Below, piece by piece: positions 50,035 to 59,029 of a DNA stretch of 64,000 bases. Under the pieces are notes generated by a model. That model was not told the origin of the DNA. It did not search any database and worked only from the letters and a program-made list of their open reading frames with translations. The DNA is from Candidatus Nealsonbacteria bacterium. Lineage in GTDB: Bacteria > Patescibacteriota > Minisyncoccia > Minisyncoccales > GWA2-38-27. Each line of letters begins with the position of its first letter. Within the stretch, counting starts at the first letter, position 1. The stretch is taken from positions 8,692 through 72,691 of the forward strand of contig JAUWYA010000001.1 in NCBI GenBank assembly GCA_030616085.1, read 5' to 3'. A program made the position numbers and the translations under genes.

Positions 50035-51858
50035 ATGAAAATAAAAAAGAAAATTTTAATTGTTTATTTAGCCATACTTTTAGCTGTCTTAATTGGATTG
50101 GGTAATTTTTTTGAAGTTTGGTCAGAAAGCCAATCAGAAATTGATAAAGCTATAAACTATCTTAAAGCTCAGCCTCAAACCGCCTGGGCCACTATGGCTT
50201 TGGCCGGAGCTGGAGAAACCGAGATTGATTTAAATCATCTAAAATCTGTTCCTTCTGGCCAAGAGTCAGCTACTACCTATGCAAAGTATATTTTAGCTTT
50301 AGTAGCAGTTGGCAAGAATCCCTCTAATTTTGGAGATGAAAATTATGTAGAGAAACTAAAAAGTTTTTATCAAGATGGGCAATTCGGTGAGAAAAATTTT
50401 ATTAATGATGATATTTGGGCAATTTTAGCCTTGGCTTCAATTGGTCAGAAAAATTTAGCAATAGTTCAGGATGCCAAAGATTATATTTTGAGCTATCAAA
50501 ATTCAGACGGAGGATGGAGTTATGATATTTCTTTTTCCTCTTCTGATACCAATGATACTGCTGCTGCCATTATGGCCCTGCTTGAAGCAGGAGTTTCTTC
50601 TTCTTCATCAGCTATCCAGAATTCTATTAGTTTTTTGAAATCTCAACAAAATGATGATGGTGGATTTTCTTATCTTGCAGATTCGCTTTCCGATTCTTGC
50701 TCTGATGCCTGGGTAATTTCAGCTATTTATAAATTGGGACAGGATCCTTTCAGCTCAAATTGGACAAAAAATGGGAAAAACGCTTTAGACCATCTCAAAT
50801 CTTTACAAGATGAAGATGGCGGTTTCTGGTGGCAATCTGAAGGGGATAACAAATTTTGCAGTTCTTATGCTTTGGTTTCCTTATTAATGAAGTATTATCC
50901 GATTGAAACAATTTATAATAAGCATCACTTAAGAATTGAAGATCAGGATAGCACTATTTGTGATACTGAGATTAATGGCGGCACTGCTATGGATTTGATA
51001 ATTAGAGGTTCGGAGATATGTAATTACGATTACTTAATTAGTGAGTATCCTGGAATAGGTCTTTATTTGGCAGAAATAAATGGTCAGGCCAACTGGATGT
51101 ATATGGTAAACAATATTTCTCCTATGATAGGAGCAGATAGCTATTACTTAGAAACTGGAGATGAGGTTTTATGGTTTTCTGGAGCATGGTTAGAGAAAGG
51201 TTGGTTTCCAACTAAGCTTGAATTATTTAAAACCGAAAATTTAGCCACTTTTCAAGTAAAATATTACGATTCCGCAGCTAATAATTGGCAAAATTTAGAA
51301 ATACAAGGAATAAAAGTAAAGATTGGCGAGTCAGAATTTATTACTAATGATACAGGACAAATTGAAGTTTCTTTAACAGGTTTAGAAGCTGGTTTTTATC
51401 AGGTATTTGTTGAAACCCAGATTATTGATGAAAAAGGTTATATTAGAAGTGAAAAAGTAAATTTAACAACTGGAGAAGTTCCTAAAGAACATGGAGTGGG
51501 ATTAAAAGTAGAGATTGAAAAAATAGAAGTTCCTCCTGGAGGAGAACAAGAAGCAATTAGTTTTTCAGTAAGTTCAGATAGTTTGGATTTCGGAAAATTA
51601 AAACCAGGAGAAAGCTCTACTCAAAATTTGACCATTGACAATGGAGAGAGTAGAATTTATTTAGAAGCGGAAGTAAATGGAGCTAGTGTTTTTCAAGACA
51701 ATTTAGAAATAGATGAAAAATTTTGGCAATTTTTCTCAACTGAAATTGAGAAAAACCAAGAGAAGTCTTTCCCAGTCAAATTAACTATCCCATTTAATTA
51801 TGATGGAGATTTTGGCCAACAAGAGGGGGAATTAACTTTTTGGGCAATTAAAAAATGA
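50035..51858 (+). CDS. Secreted alpha/alpha-toroid (prenyltransferase/terpene-cyclase-like repeats) + DUF4430 protein; transcobalamin-like architecture, candidate extracellular B12-binding protein
   Basis: N-terminal TM. Repeats 'SDGGWSYD', 'NDDGGFSYL', 'DEDGGFWWQ'. DUF4430-like 'INGQANWMYMVNNISPMIGADSYYLETGDEVLWFSGAW'. C-terminal beta-rich region. Confidence 0.55.
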   Translation: MKIKKKILIVYLAILLAVLIGLGNFFEVWSESQSEIDKAINYLKAQPQTAWATMALAGAGETEIDLNHLKSVPSGQESATTYAKYILALVAVGKNPSNFGDENYVEKLKSFYQDGQFGEKNFINDDIWAILALASIGQKNLAIVQDAKDYILSYQNSDGGWSYDISFSSSDTNDTAAAIMALLEAGVSSSSSAIQNSISFLKSQQNDDGGFSYLADSLSDSCSDAWVISAIYKLGQDPFSSNWTKNGKNALDHLKSLQDEDGGFWWQSEGDNKFCSSYALVSLLMKYYPIETIYNKHHLRIEDQDSTICDTEINGGTAMDLIIRGSEICNYDYLISEYPGIGLYLAEINGQANWMYMVNNISPMIGADSYYLETGDEVLWFSGAWLEKGWFPTKLELFKTENLATFQVKYYDSAANNWQNLEIQGIKVKIGESEFITNDTGQIEVSLTGLEAGFYQVFVETQIIDEKGYIRSEKVNLTTGEVPKEHGVGLKVEIEKIEVPPGGEQEAISFSVSSDSLDFGKLKPGESSTQNLTIDNGESRIYLEAEVNGASVFQDNLEIDEKFWQFFSTEIEKNQEKSFPVKLTIPFNYDGDFGQQEGELTFWAIKK

Positions 51859-51940
51859 GCCCCGTTAGAAATCCAAAAAAGATTCTAAAGGGGAAATATT
51901 ATGCTTCAAAAACTCAGAAATTCTAAAATTTCTAACGGGG
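51855..51940. repeat. CCCCGTTAGAAAT...ATTTCTAACGGGG inverted-repeat element overlapping the stop of 50035 and the start of 51901
   Basis: ATGAGCCCCGTTAGAAATCC...AATTCTAAAATTTCTAACGGGGTG. The right arm encodes 'KISNGVRK'. Confidence 0.8.
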
Positions 51941-52485
51941 TGAGAAAAATTCTATTAATCTTAATAATAATTTCTTTTTTAGCTGCTAATTCTGTTCAAG
52001 CGGTGGCAGTTAAAGTTAAGCCATCTGAAATAAAAATTGAAGCCAATGCAGGAGTTTTGATTGAACATGAAATAATAATAGAAAATCCGGGTGAAAACGT
52101 AGCTTTGTTTGAAGTTTATTTAGACAATTTTTCTGATTGGATCAAAGCAAAACCAGAAAGTTTTGTTTTAGAAAGTGGAGAAATGCAAAAAGTAATTTTA
52201 GAAATTAAAAATGAAGAGATAGGGGTCTTTTCTACTATGATTTCAGTAGTAGCTAAATCTTTATCTGAAAGGAAGTTTAAAGCCAATTCCGGAGTGAAAA
52301 TCCCCTTGGAAATTAGAGTTATTCAAAGAGAGGAATCAAATTTTTTAGCTGCTGTTTCCCAAAACATTAAAAGATTTTTGGATTCAAGGAGCTTAATTTT
52401 TGTTTTTAGCATAATTTTAGTTTTGGTTTTAGCCATAATTTGCATAAAGAGGCGTAAGAGCATATTAAAAGATGAACCCCGTTAG
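51901..52485 (+). CDS. Bitopic membrane protein (N-terminal and C-terminal TM), unknown
   Basis: 'ILLILIIISFLAANSVQA' and a C-terminal 'LIFVFSIILVLVLAIICIKRRKS'. Confidence 0.35.
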   Translation: MLQKLRNSKISNGVRKILLILIIISFLAANSVQAVAVKVKPSEIKIEANAGVLIEHEIIIENPGENVALFEVYLDNFSDWIKAKPESFVLESGEMQKVILEIKNEEIGVFSTMISVVAKSLSERKFKANSGVKIPLEIRVIQREESNFLAAVSQNIKRFLDSRSLIFVFSIILVLVLAIICIKRRKSILKDEPR

Positions 52486-52755
52486 AGATTAGCGATATGT
52501 TTTATACTTACGTAATACAAAGCAAAAAAGACAGAAAATGGTACACTGGCTATACTGAAGATTTACGGAAACGCTTTAATCAACATAACTCTAATGAGGT
52601 TTATTCAACAAAAAATAGAGGACCGTTTGAGCTAATTTATTATGAAGTATGTTTAAATTCACAAGATGCAAGGTCAAGAGAAAAATATTTAAAAACTGGG
52701 ATGGGAAAGCGCTATCTTAAAAATAGATTAAAGCGTTTCCTATCTCTAACGGGGT
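52472..52755 (+). mobile_element. Candidate full-length member of the CCCCGTTAGAGAT IR family: the IR arms bracket a GIY-YIG nuclease gene exactly
   Basis: Left arm ATGAACCCCGTTAGAGATTAG (52472-52492). Right arm CCTATCTCTAACGGGGTG (52738-52755), which encodes the protein C-terminus 'FLSLTG*'. Confidence 0.4.
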
Positions 52756-52757
52756 GA
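52497..52757 (+). CDS. GIY-YIG nuclease-family small protein (YhbQ/UPF0213-like)
   Basis: 'FYTYVIQSKKDRKWYTGYTEDLRKRFNQHN' is the GIY-(x10)-YIG + R...E/N arrangement. 86 aa. Confidence 0.7.
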   Translation: MFYTYVIQSKKDRKWYTGYTEDLRKRFNQHNSNEVYSTKNRGPFELIYYEVCLNSQDARSREKYLKTGMGKRYLKNRLKRFLSLTG

Positions 52758-53248
52758 AAAAAAATATTAAAATAATTATATGGATTGGAATATTTCTAAT
52801 TTTAGTTGCTGGAATAATTTTTACCCCGTTTAGAGATTATATGACAGGGCTAAAAAACAGAGCAGACAAATCTCTAACGGGGTTTATCTTTCAAGACAAA
52901 GTTGATCTTGAAGAGGAATCTAATAATCAAGTATTAGAAGAAAGCACAATAAGCGTAATTTTAATTATTGATTATGGCGATGGAATCTCTCAAGACTTTG
53001 ATATTGAGTTTGTTGAAGGAATGACCGCCTTTGATTTGTTAAATGATAGGGCAGAGGAATTAAGCTTGGAAACAAAAGCATATGACATTGGAATTCTTAT
53101 AGAGGCAGTTGGGGATAAAAAGAATGGACAAGATGGAAAATATTGGCTATATTATATAAATGGAGAGATGCCTATGGTTTCAGTTGATAATCTGAAAATT
53201 AACCCTGACGATAAAGTAGAATTTAAATTTGAGAAATCACCATTTTAA
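52754..53248 (+). CDS. Signal-anchored DUF4430-domain protein, with an in-frame IR-element insertion
   Basis: 'GKYWLYYINGEMPMVSVDNLKINPDDKVEFKFE' is DUF4430-like. IR element 52823-52883 encodes 'TPFRDYMTGLKNRADKSLTGF'. Confidence 0.5.
   Translation: MKKNIKIIIWIGIFLILVAGIIFTPFRDYMTGLKNRADKSLTGFIFQDKVDLEEESNNQVLEESTISVILIIDYGDGISQDFDIEFVEGMTAFDLLNDRAEELSLETKAYDIGILIEAVGDKKNGQDGKYWLYYINGEMPMVSVDNLKINPDDKVEFKFEKSPF
52823..52883. repeat. CCCCGTTTAGAGAT...ATCTCTAACGGGG inverted-repeat element inside a CDS
   Basis: TTACCCCGTTTAGAGATTATATGACAGGG...CAAATCTCTAACGGGGTT. Confidence 0.8.
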
Positions 53249-53280
53249 TGTATAATAAATGTATAATAAGTGTATAATAT

Positions 53281-53826
53281 ATGTCTAAAAAATTAGAATT
53301 TGCTATTGCTATAATTTTTATTTTGGTAGGAGTTAGTTTGCGGCTTCTTCCTCATGCTCCTAATTTTGCGCCAATTGCTGCAATAGCTCTATTCGGAGGA
53401 GTTTATCTTTCAAGAAAAACAGCTCTTATTCTGCCAATAGCAGTAATGATGATTTCAGATATTTTTATTGGCAGTTATGGAATTAAATTAATGGTTTTTG
53501 TTTATGCCAGTTTTTTAATTTGCGTGCTTTTGGGTTTTTGGTTGAAAAAACATAAGAAGTGGCAAATAATCTTAGGAAGTTCTATTTTATCTGGTATTAT
53601 CTTTTTCATTTTGACTAATTTTGCTGTTTGGATTTTTACTCCCTGGTATGCTAAAACTCTTTCCGGCATAGTCCAATGTTATGCAATGGCTCTACCATTT
53701 TTCAGAAACACTTTATTGGGAAATATATTTTATGTAGGCGCGTTTTTTGGAAGTTACGAGATAATAAGAGTTTGGATTAAAAAGAAGTTTGAAAACGAAG
53801 AAAAAGCCCTTGTTCACCCCGTTTAG
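53281..53826 (+). CDS. Small polytopic membrane protein (5-6 TM), possibly an ECF-type S-component-like substrate-capture protein
   Basis: 181 aa, all hydrophobic helices. 'LRLLPHAPNFAPIAAIALFGGVYL'. Last gene of the riboswitch-led cluster. Confidence 0.35.
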   Translation: MSKKLEFAIAIIFILVGVSLRLLPHAPNFAPIAAIALFGGVYLSRKTALILPIAVMMISDIFIGSYGIKLMVFVYASFLICVLLGFWLKKHKKWQIILGSSILSGIIFFILTNFAVWIFTPWYAKTLSGIVQCYAMALPFFRNTLLGNIFYVGAFFGSYEIIRVWIKKKFENEEKALVHPV

Positions 53827-53905
53827 AGAGTGTTCGACACCGAGTGTCGAACATTTCTAATGTCTAACGAAATATGAAGGTTCGACCTTCATATTTTTTT
53901 CAATC
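53816..53905 (+). other. Degenerate IR element with a perfect internal palindrome (GTGTTCGACACCGAGTGTCGAACAT), followed by terminator ATGAAGGTTCGACCTTCAT + T7
   Basis: ACCCCGTTTAGAGAG...TTTCTAATGTCTAACG, then hairpin + TTTTTTT. Confidence 0.5.
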
Positions 53906-54025
53906 ACGGGAAAAGGTCGCTCCTTGAGAAGGAGTGGAGCGAAGCGAAACGACGGGAAAGGTGCGACCTTGAGGAGTGATTTGATTTTAGGTTAAAAAAG
54001 AGTTAACCTGAAAGTAGATAAATCT

Positions 54026-54403
54026 ATGAAAAAGAAATTTATAACCTTAAAAAAATATCAAAAAATTATAGAACCGGGGGAGGAATTAAGTTATGGTAAC
54101 AAGTCTCCATTTGATTCAATAAATCTTCCATCTTGCAAGGGTGTTTTTATTGCTTGGCATGGGCCACAGGTCTTAGTTAATGGTAATACTGGTACAGCTT
54201 ATGTTTGTAGATCAGATGTCAAAGATCCAAAACCTTTAAACTTTGATGTTTATTCTATCCGCCAGACTAAAGATCCGGGAATTATTGAAATCACAACTTC
54301 TCTCAAGCAAAAATATCATTGGGCAGATGATGTCCCAGATATCATGAAAGGATCTGTTCCAGAATGGGTAAAAGAGAAAATCGCGAAAATTAAAAAGATA
54401 TAG
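54026..54403 (+). CDS. Hypothetical protein
   Basis: 125-aa ORF. Confidence 0.3.
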   Translation: MKKKFITLKKYQKIIEPGEELSYGNKSPFDSINLPSCKGVFIAWHGPQVLVNGNTGTAYVCRSDVKDPKPLNFDVYSIRQTKDPGIIEITTSLKQKYHWADDVPDIMKGSVPEWVKEKIAKIKKI

Positions 54404-54479
54404 ATTGCGTTAAGCTTAGCTTAACGCAAAACTAGGCTCGGCCTCTCTAATTTAAGTTTGATACTCATTGATACCTATT

Positions 54480-54538
54480 GACCCCGTTTAGAGATAAATC
54501 TCTAACGGGGTTGACACCCTCTCTTGGGTGTTTTAATA
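54480..54538 (+). promoter_or_regulatory. Minimal IR element (two 15-bp arms, 2-nt spacer) whose 3' arm supplies the -35 of promoter TTGACA-17-TAATAT
   Basis: GACCCCGTTTAGAGATAAATCTCTAACGGGGTTGACACCCTCTCTTGGGTGTTTTAATAT. -35 at 54510-54515, -10 at 54533-54538. Confidence 0.55.
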
Positions 54539-54551
54539 TGGAAGAAGAAAC

Positions 54552-54800
54552 ATGGATAAAGAAATAAAACCAAATAAAGTTTATACTACTGAAGAGGCCC
54601 AAGATTATTTAAGAGTGAGTAACAGCACTATTAAACGTTTTCTTAAAAATGGAATGATCCATGCAAATAAAGTTGGTGGAAGATATAAGATTTTAGGCAA
54701 TGAGCTTTTGAGATTAGTTTCTCCAAGAAAAGAAACCAAGGTCGAAAAAATATATTATCACATCAAAGATAGAACAAAAAAAACTATTGAGAAGTGGTAG
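54552..54800 (+). CDS. Excisionase-family (MerR-like) HTH DNA-binding protein
   Basis: 'YTTEEAQDYLRVSNSTIKRFLKNGMIHANKVGGRYKI' matches the Xis/HTH_17 signature. Confidence 0.65.
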   Translation: MDKEIKPNKVYTTEEAQDYLRVSNSTIKRFLKNGMIHANKVGGRYKILGNELLRLVSPRKETKVEKIYYHIKDRTKKTIEKW

Positions 54801-54812
54801 TTTTTTATTTTT

Positions 54813-55583
54813 ATGAATGATAAAAAAATAGATTTTAGCGAAAAAAGAACAAAAAATTGTGAAGAACTAATGAGGCCGGAGGTCAGGCCGCTATTGGATT
54901 TACCTTTAGACGAAAAAGTGGCCAAGTCAAAAGAAGTTATAAAAGAAGCTATAGAAAAATACCCTAAGATAGGTTTAGGATTCAGTGGCGGAACAGACAG
55001 TTTGATTTTGTTGCATTTAGTTCTCCCGCTTATTCCAAAAGATATGCCGGTTATTTTTGTAGACACCCAGCATGAGTTTCCGGAAACGTATGTCTATATT
55101 GATAAAATAATAAAAGAGTGGAATATCAAGAATTTTATTACAGTAAAAGCGGATGAAGATAAACTGCAAAAACTTATAGATAGATTTGGTCTCAAAACTC
55201 CTGAGTTTACTGAAATATGCTGTGGCTATCATAAAATAGCTCCAATGATGAAAATTATCGGAGATTTAAACCTTGATGCATTTTTTGTTGGCTTAAGAGG
55301 AGTAGAACACGAAGAAAGAGCAAAAGAATCTTTCTTTTCTCCAAGAATAAACCCAGACCATATAAGAGTTCACCCTCTTTTATTTTGGAGAAAGCCGGAT
55401 GTTATGGAGTATGTTAAAAAGAATAATATGGAGTGCAATCCTATTTATGCCAGAGGATATACTTCTCTGGGCTGTATAGTTTGCACAGAAAAAAATACTG
55501 ACCCGAATGCGCACGAAAGAGCTGGAAGAGGAGCTGTAAGAGAAGAGATTATGAAGAGATTGAGGGATCTCGGATATACCTAA
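54813..55583 (+). CDS. Phosphoadenosine-phosphosulfate (PAPS) reductase-family protein (CysH-like PP-loop)
   Basis: PP-loop 'GFSGGTDSLILLHLV', 'FVDTQHEFPETY', C-terminal 'GCIVCT' redox Cys pair. Confidence 0.7.
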   Translation: MNDKKIDFSEKRTKNCEELMRPEVRPLLDLPLDEKVAKSKEVIKEAIEKYPKIGLGFSGGTDSLILLHLVLPLIPKDMPVIFVDTQHEFPETYVYIDKIIKEWNIKNFITVKADEDKLQKLIDRFGLKTPEFTEICCGYHKIAPMMKIIGDLNLDAFFVGLRGVEHEERAKESFFSPRINPDHIRVHPLLFWRKPDVMEYVKKNNMECNPIYARGYTSLGCIVCTEKNTDPNAHERAGRGAVREEIMKRLRDLGYT

Positions 55584-55597
55584 TAAGTAAGTTATTT

Positions 55598-56932
55598 ATG
55601 AAGCCAAACATTATTTTAATTACTGTTGATGCCTTAAGAGCAGGTCATCTTGGCTTTATGGGTTATAAAAATAGCATAACCCCGAATATTGATAGTTTGG
55701 CAAAACAAAGTATTGTTTTTAATAATGCTTTTAGCGTAGGGCCTACTACTCCTTATTCTTTTCCCTCTATTTTAACTTCTACTTATCCTTTGGATTATCA
55801 AGGACCTAAAGAGATCAAAGCTCCAAGAGTATTTATTAGTGAGGTTTTAAAAAAACAAGGCTTTACAACCCTTGCCTTTCATTCTAGTCCTTATCTTTCA
55901 GATTATTTTGGCTATAATAAGGGCTGGGATTTTTTCCAGGATATAACTTTTCCTATGAATTCTTCTTCTTCGCAGGGTTTTTTAGGAAAACTGATTAAAA
56001 AAATACTTATTTTTGTTTCACCCAAACTTTTCTTCCGTTTAGCTTATTTAAAATATAGAATAAAAGGACCGAAAAATGTTAAAGTTAAAGCTTCGTTTGT
56101 AAATAAACTTGTAAAGGATTTTGTTTATTCTTTAAAAAACCAAGAAAAACCTTTATTTATCTGGATTCATTATATGGATACTCACACTCCTCCGCTTTGT
56201 TATTCTGAAAATAGGGTTTGTTCTTATTCAGAGCTGATTGGGGATTATGTCGGTTCAGCAGTATGGAGTTATGGCAACAAAGGAGCGTTAAAAAGATTTA
56301 TTAAGAATAATTTTAAAAAATATATCAAAGAAACAACGTCCTGTTATAATCAAGCAATTCAATACGTAGATGAGCAAATAGGGGATTTATTAAATTTTTT
56401 AAAAAAGGAGAATATTTATCAAAACTCTATTGTTTGTCTTGCTTCTGACCATGGTGATGAATTTTTAGAGCATGGAGGATTAGGCCATAACACTCAACTT
56501 TATAACGAAGTTTTGCATATTCCATTATTAATTAAAATTCCTGGATTAGAAAATAAAATAGTAAATAAAAAAGTGTCATTGATTGACTTGGCTCCAACTT
56601 TATGCGATTTAGCAGGAATAGAAACAGATGTTTTTAAGGGCAGGACCTTGTTTGGACAAAATAAAGATTATATTTTTCATCAAGCAGGTTTTTCAAAAAA
56701 ACAGGGTCATCATATAGGAATAGAGAATTTAAGCGAATGCAGGATAGCTTGTCAATCAGATGCTTGGAAATATATTTTAGATTATGATACTGGAGCAGAA
56801 GAACTTTATAATCTTTTTAAAGACCCAGGAGAACAAAATAATCTTTCTGACACGGAGGTAAAAATTCTTTTTCAAATGAGAAAAAGAATTCAAGAATTTG
56901 AGAAAAAAAATCCTTTACTTTCAAAAGTATGA
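55598..56932 (+). CDS. Sulfatase / alkaline-phosphatase-superfamily protein
   Basis: 'ILITVDALRAGHLGFMGY...TPNIDSLAKQSIVFNNAFS' is the type I phosphodiesterase/sulfatase N-terminal metal-binding block. 'LASDHGDEFLEHG'. Confidence 0.6.
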   Translation: MKPNIILITVDALRAGHLGFMGYKNSITPNIDSLAKQSIVFNNAFSVGPTTPYSFPSILTSTYPLDYQGPKEIKAPRVFISEVLKKQGFTTLAFHSSPYLSDYFGYNKGWDFFQDITFPMNSSSSQGFLGKLIKKILIFVSPKLFFRLAYLKYRIKGPKNVKVKASFVNKLVKDFVYSLKNQEKPLFIWIHYMDTHTPPLCYSENRVCSYSELIGDYVGSAVWSYGNKGALKRFIKNNFKKYIKETTSCYNQAIQYVDEQIGDLLNFLKKENIYQNSIVCLASDHGDEFLEHGGLGHNTQLYNEVLHIPLLIKIPGLENKIVNKKVSLIDLAPTLCDLAGIETDVFKGRTLFGQNKDYIFHQAGFSKKQGHHIGIENLSECRIACQSDAWKYILDYDTGAEELYNLFKDPGEQNNLSDTEVKILFQMRKRIQEFEKKNPLLSKV

Positions 56933-57909
56933 ATTTTAACAACAAAACAATTTTAATAACTGGAGGTGGAGGTTTTATCGGCACCTCTATTGCAAGAAAT
57001 TTAGTAGCCAAAGGCTTAAAAGTTAGGCTCTTTGATTTGGATTTTACTAATCATACATTATTTTTTAATAAACAAGGAAATTTTCCTGAAGTTGAAAAAG
57101 TACGAGGGAGTATTCTTGATAGCAATGCTCTTTGTAATGCAGTGAGTGGATGTGATTATGTAGTTCATCTGGCGGCAATGTTAGGAGTAAAAAAAACTGA
57201 GTTGAAAAGAGTTAGATGTTTGGATATTAATATTCTTGGTACCATAAATGTGCTTGAAGCTTGTTTAAAAGAAAAAGTAGAGAAAATTCTCTTCACTTCT
57301 TCTTCAGAGATATATGGAGAAACAGATGGAACGCCTATTAAGGAAGATTTTCCCCAAAATCCAGTTTCTATCTATGCGATAACTAAACTTGCTGGAGAAG
57401 AATATATCAAGGCGTATGCAAAGAGATATGGCTTGAAATATTCAATTATCCGCCTTTTCAATGTTTATGGACCTGCTCAGGTTGCTGAGTTTGTTATACC
57501 CCGATTTGTAAAAAGAGTTCTGAATAATAAATCTCCAATTATCTATGGAGATGGTTCCCAAATAAGGGCTTTTTGTTTTATTGAAGATGCTGTAAAAGGA
57601 ATAAGCGCGGCTTTACTAAACTCAAATAGTAACAATCAAATTTTTAATATTGGTAATAATAAAGAGCCCATATTAATGAAAAACTTAGCGAATAAAATTA
57701 TAGAAATAGCAGGGAAAAAATTAGAACCTGAATTTATTCCAATGAGTAAATCGGACCGGGATTCTTCCAGGGAAATCAAAAGAAGAATTCCTTGCATAGA
57801 TAAAGCCAGTAATTTATTAAACTATCAACCACAGATTTCTTTGGAACAAGGCGTAAGGATAATTATGCAAGCTGGTGAAATTCCTGAATCATGGGTTGAG
57901 AGTTTATAA
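56929..57909 (+). CDS. NAD-dependent sugar epimerase/dehydratase (extended SDR)
   Basis: Rossmann 'ILITGGGGFIGTSIARNL', catalytic 'YAITKLAGE' (YxxxK). Confidence 0.85.
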   Translation: MNFNNKTILITGGGGFIGTSIARNLVAKGLKVRLFDLDFTNHTLFFNKQGNFPEVEKVRGSILDSNALCNAVSGCDYVVHLAAMLGVKKTELKRVRCLDINILGTINVLEACLKEKVEKILFTSSSEIYGETDGTPIKEDFPQNPVSIYAITKLAGEEYIKAYAKRYGLKYSIIRLFNVYGPAQVAEFVIPRFVKRVLNNKSPIIYGDGSQIRAFCFIEDAVKGISAALLNSNSNNQIFNIGNNKEPILMKNLANKIIEIAGKKLEPEFIPMSKSDRDSSREIKRRIPCIDKASNLLNYQPQISLEQGVRIIMQAGEIPESWVESL

Positions 57910-57913
57910 AAAA

Positions 57914-59029
57914 ATGGAAAAATATATTCCATACGGACATCAATGGATAGATGATGAAGATATTAATGAAGTTGTTAAAGTTTTGAGGGGTGATTGGATA
58001 ACCCAAGGGGGGAAAATTGAAGAATTTGAAAAAGCAGTTGTTGACTATTGCGGAGCAAAATATGGCGTAGCAGTTTGTTCGGGAACAGCTGGTTTACAAG
58101 CTGCCTATTTAGCAGCTGGAATTAATTCAGGAGATGAAGTAATTGCCACTCCTTTAACTTTTGCAGCTACTGCTAATACTGTGGTTTGTTGTGGAGCTAA
58201 ACCAGTTTTCGCTGACATTGATGAAAATACATTGAATATTGATCCAGAAGAGATTAGAAAAAAAATAACAGATAGAACAAAAGCAATAGTTTCTGTTGAT
58301 TTTGCTGGTCACCCCTGTGAATACGAGGAAATTTTAGAAATTGCTAAACAAAATAATCTTTTAGTAATTGAAGATGCTTGTCATGCTTTAGGCGGGGAGT
58401 ATAAAGGGAAGAGAATTGGTAGTTTCGCTGATATGACAATTTTAAGCTTTCATCCAGTAAAAGCGATTACCACTGGAGAAGGGGGAATGGTATTAACAAA
58501 CAACAAAGAGCTTTATGAAAAATTAAAAAGAATCAGGCATCATGGAATAATAAAAAGACCAGAAAAAGGCAATTGGTATTATGAAATAGAAAGTCCAGGA
58601 TTAAATTTAAGAATTACTGATTTTCAATGCGCTTTAGGTTTGAGCCAATTAAAAAAATTAGACAAATTTATATCAAGAAGAAGAGAGATTGCAGAAATGT
58701 ATAATAACGCGTTCCAAAACATTAAAGAGATTATAATTCCCAAAGAAAAAGATTATGTAAAATCAGCCTGGCATATATATCCAATCCAAGTGCAAGGAAA
58801 TGACAGAAGAAAAGTATTTGAACATTTGCAAGAGCAGGGAATAGGTGTTCAAGTTCATTATATGCCTGTTCATCTTCATCCATTTTATAGAAAAAGATTT
58901 GGCTACAAAGAAGGGGATTTTCCAAAAGCTGAAAAATATTATCAAAGAGCAATTAGTTTGCCTCTTTTTCCAAAGATGAGCAATCAAGACGTTGAATATG
59001 TAATCCAATCAGTAGAGAAAATAATATGA
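57914..59029 (+). CDS. DegT/DnrJ/EryC1/StrS-family PLP-dependent sugar aminotransferase
   Basis: 'IPYGHQWIDDEDINEVVKVL...GGKIEEFEKAVVDYCGAKYGVAVCSGTAGLQ' and 'SFHPVKAITTGEGGMV' (PLP Lys). Confidence 0.85.
   Translation: MEKYIPYGHQWIDDEDINEVVKVLRGDWITQGGKIEEFEKAVVDYCGAKYGVAVCSGTAGLQAAYLAAGINSGDEVIATPLTFAATANTVVCCGAKPVFADIDENTLNIDPEEIRKKITDRTKAIVSVDFAGHPCEYEEILEIAKQNNLLVIEDACHALGGEYKGKRIGSFADMTILSFHPVKAITTGEGGMVLTNNKELYEKLKRIRHHGIIKRPEKGNWYYEIESPGLNLRITDFQCALGLSQLKKLDKFISRRREIAEMYNNAFQNIKEIIIPKEKDYVKSAWHIYPIQVQGNDRRKVFEHLQEQGIGVQVHYMPVHLHPFYRKRFGYKEGDFPKAEKYYQRAISLPLFPKMSNQDVEYVIQSVEKII

Noticed and set aside
54480-55583. Prophage or integrative element suggested by the excisionase-family HTH gene
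   Set aside because: No integrase, recombinase or phage structural genes are in the window. Excisionase-like HTH proteins also act as standalone regulators.
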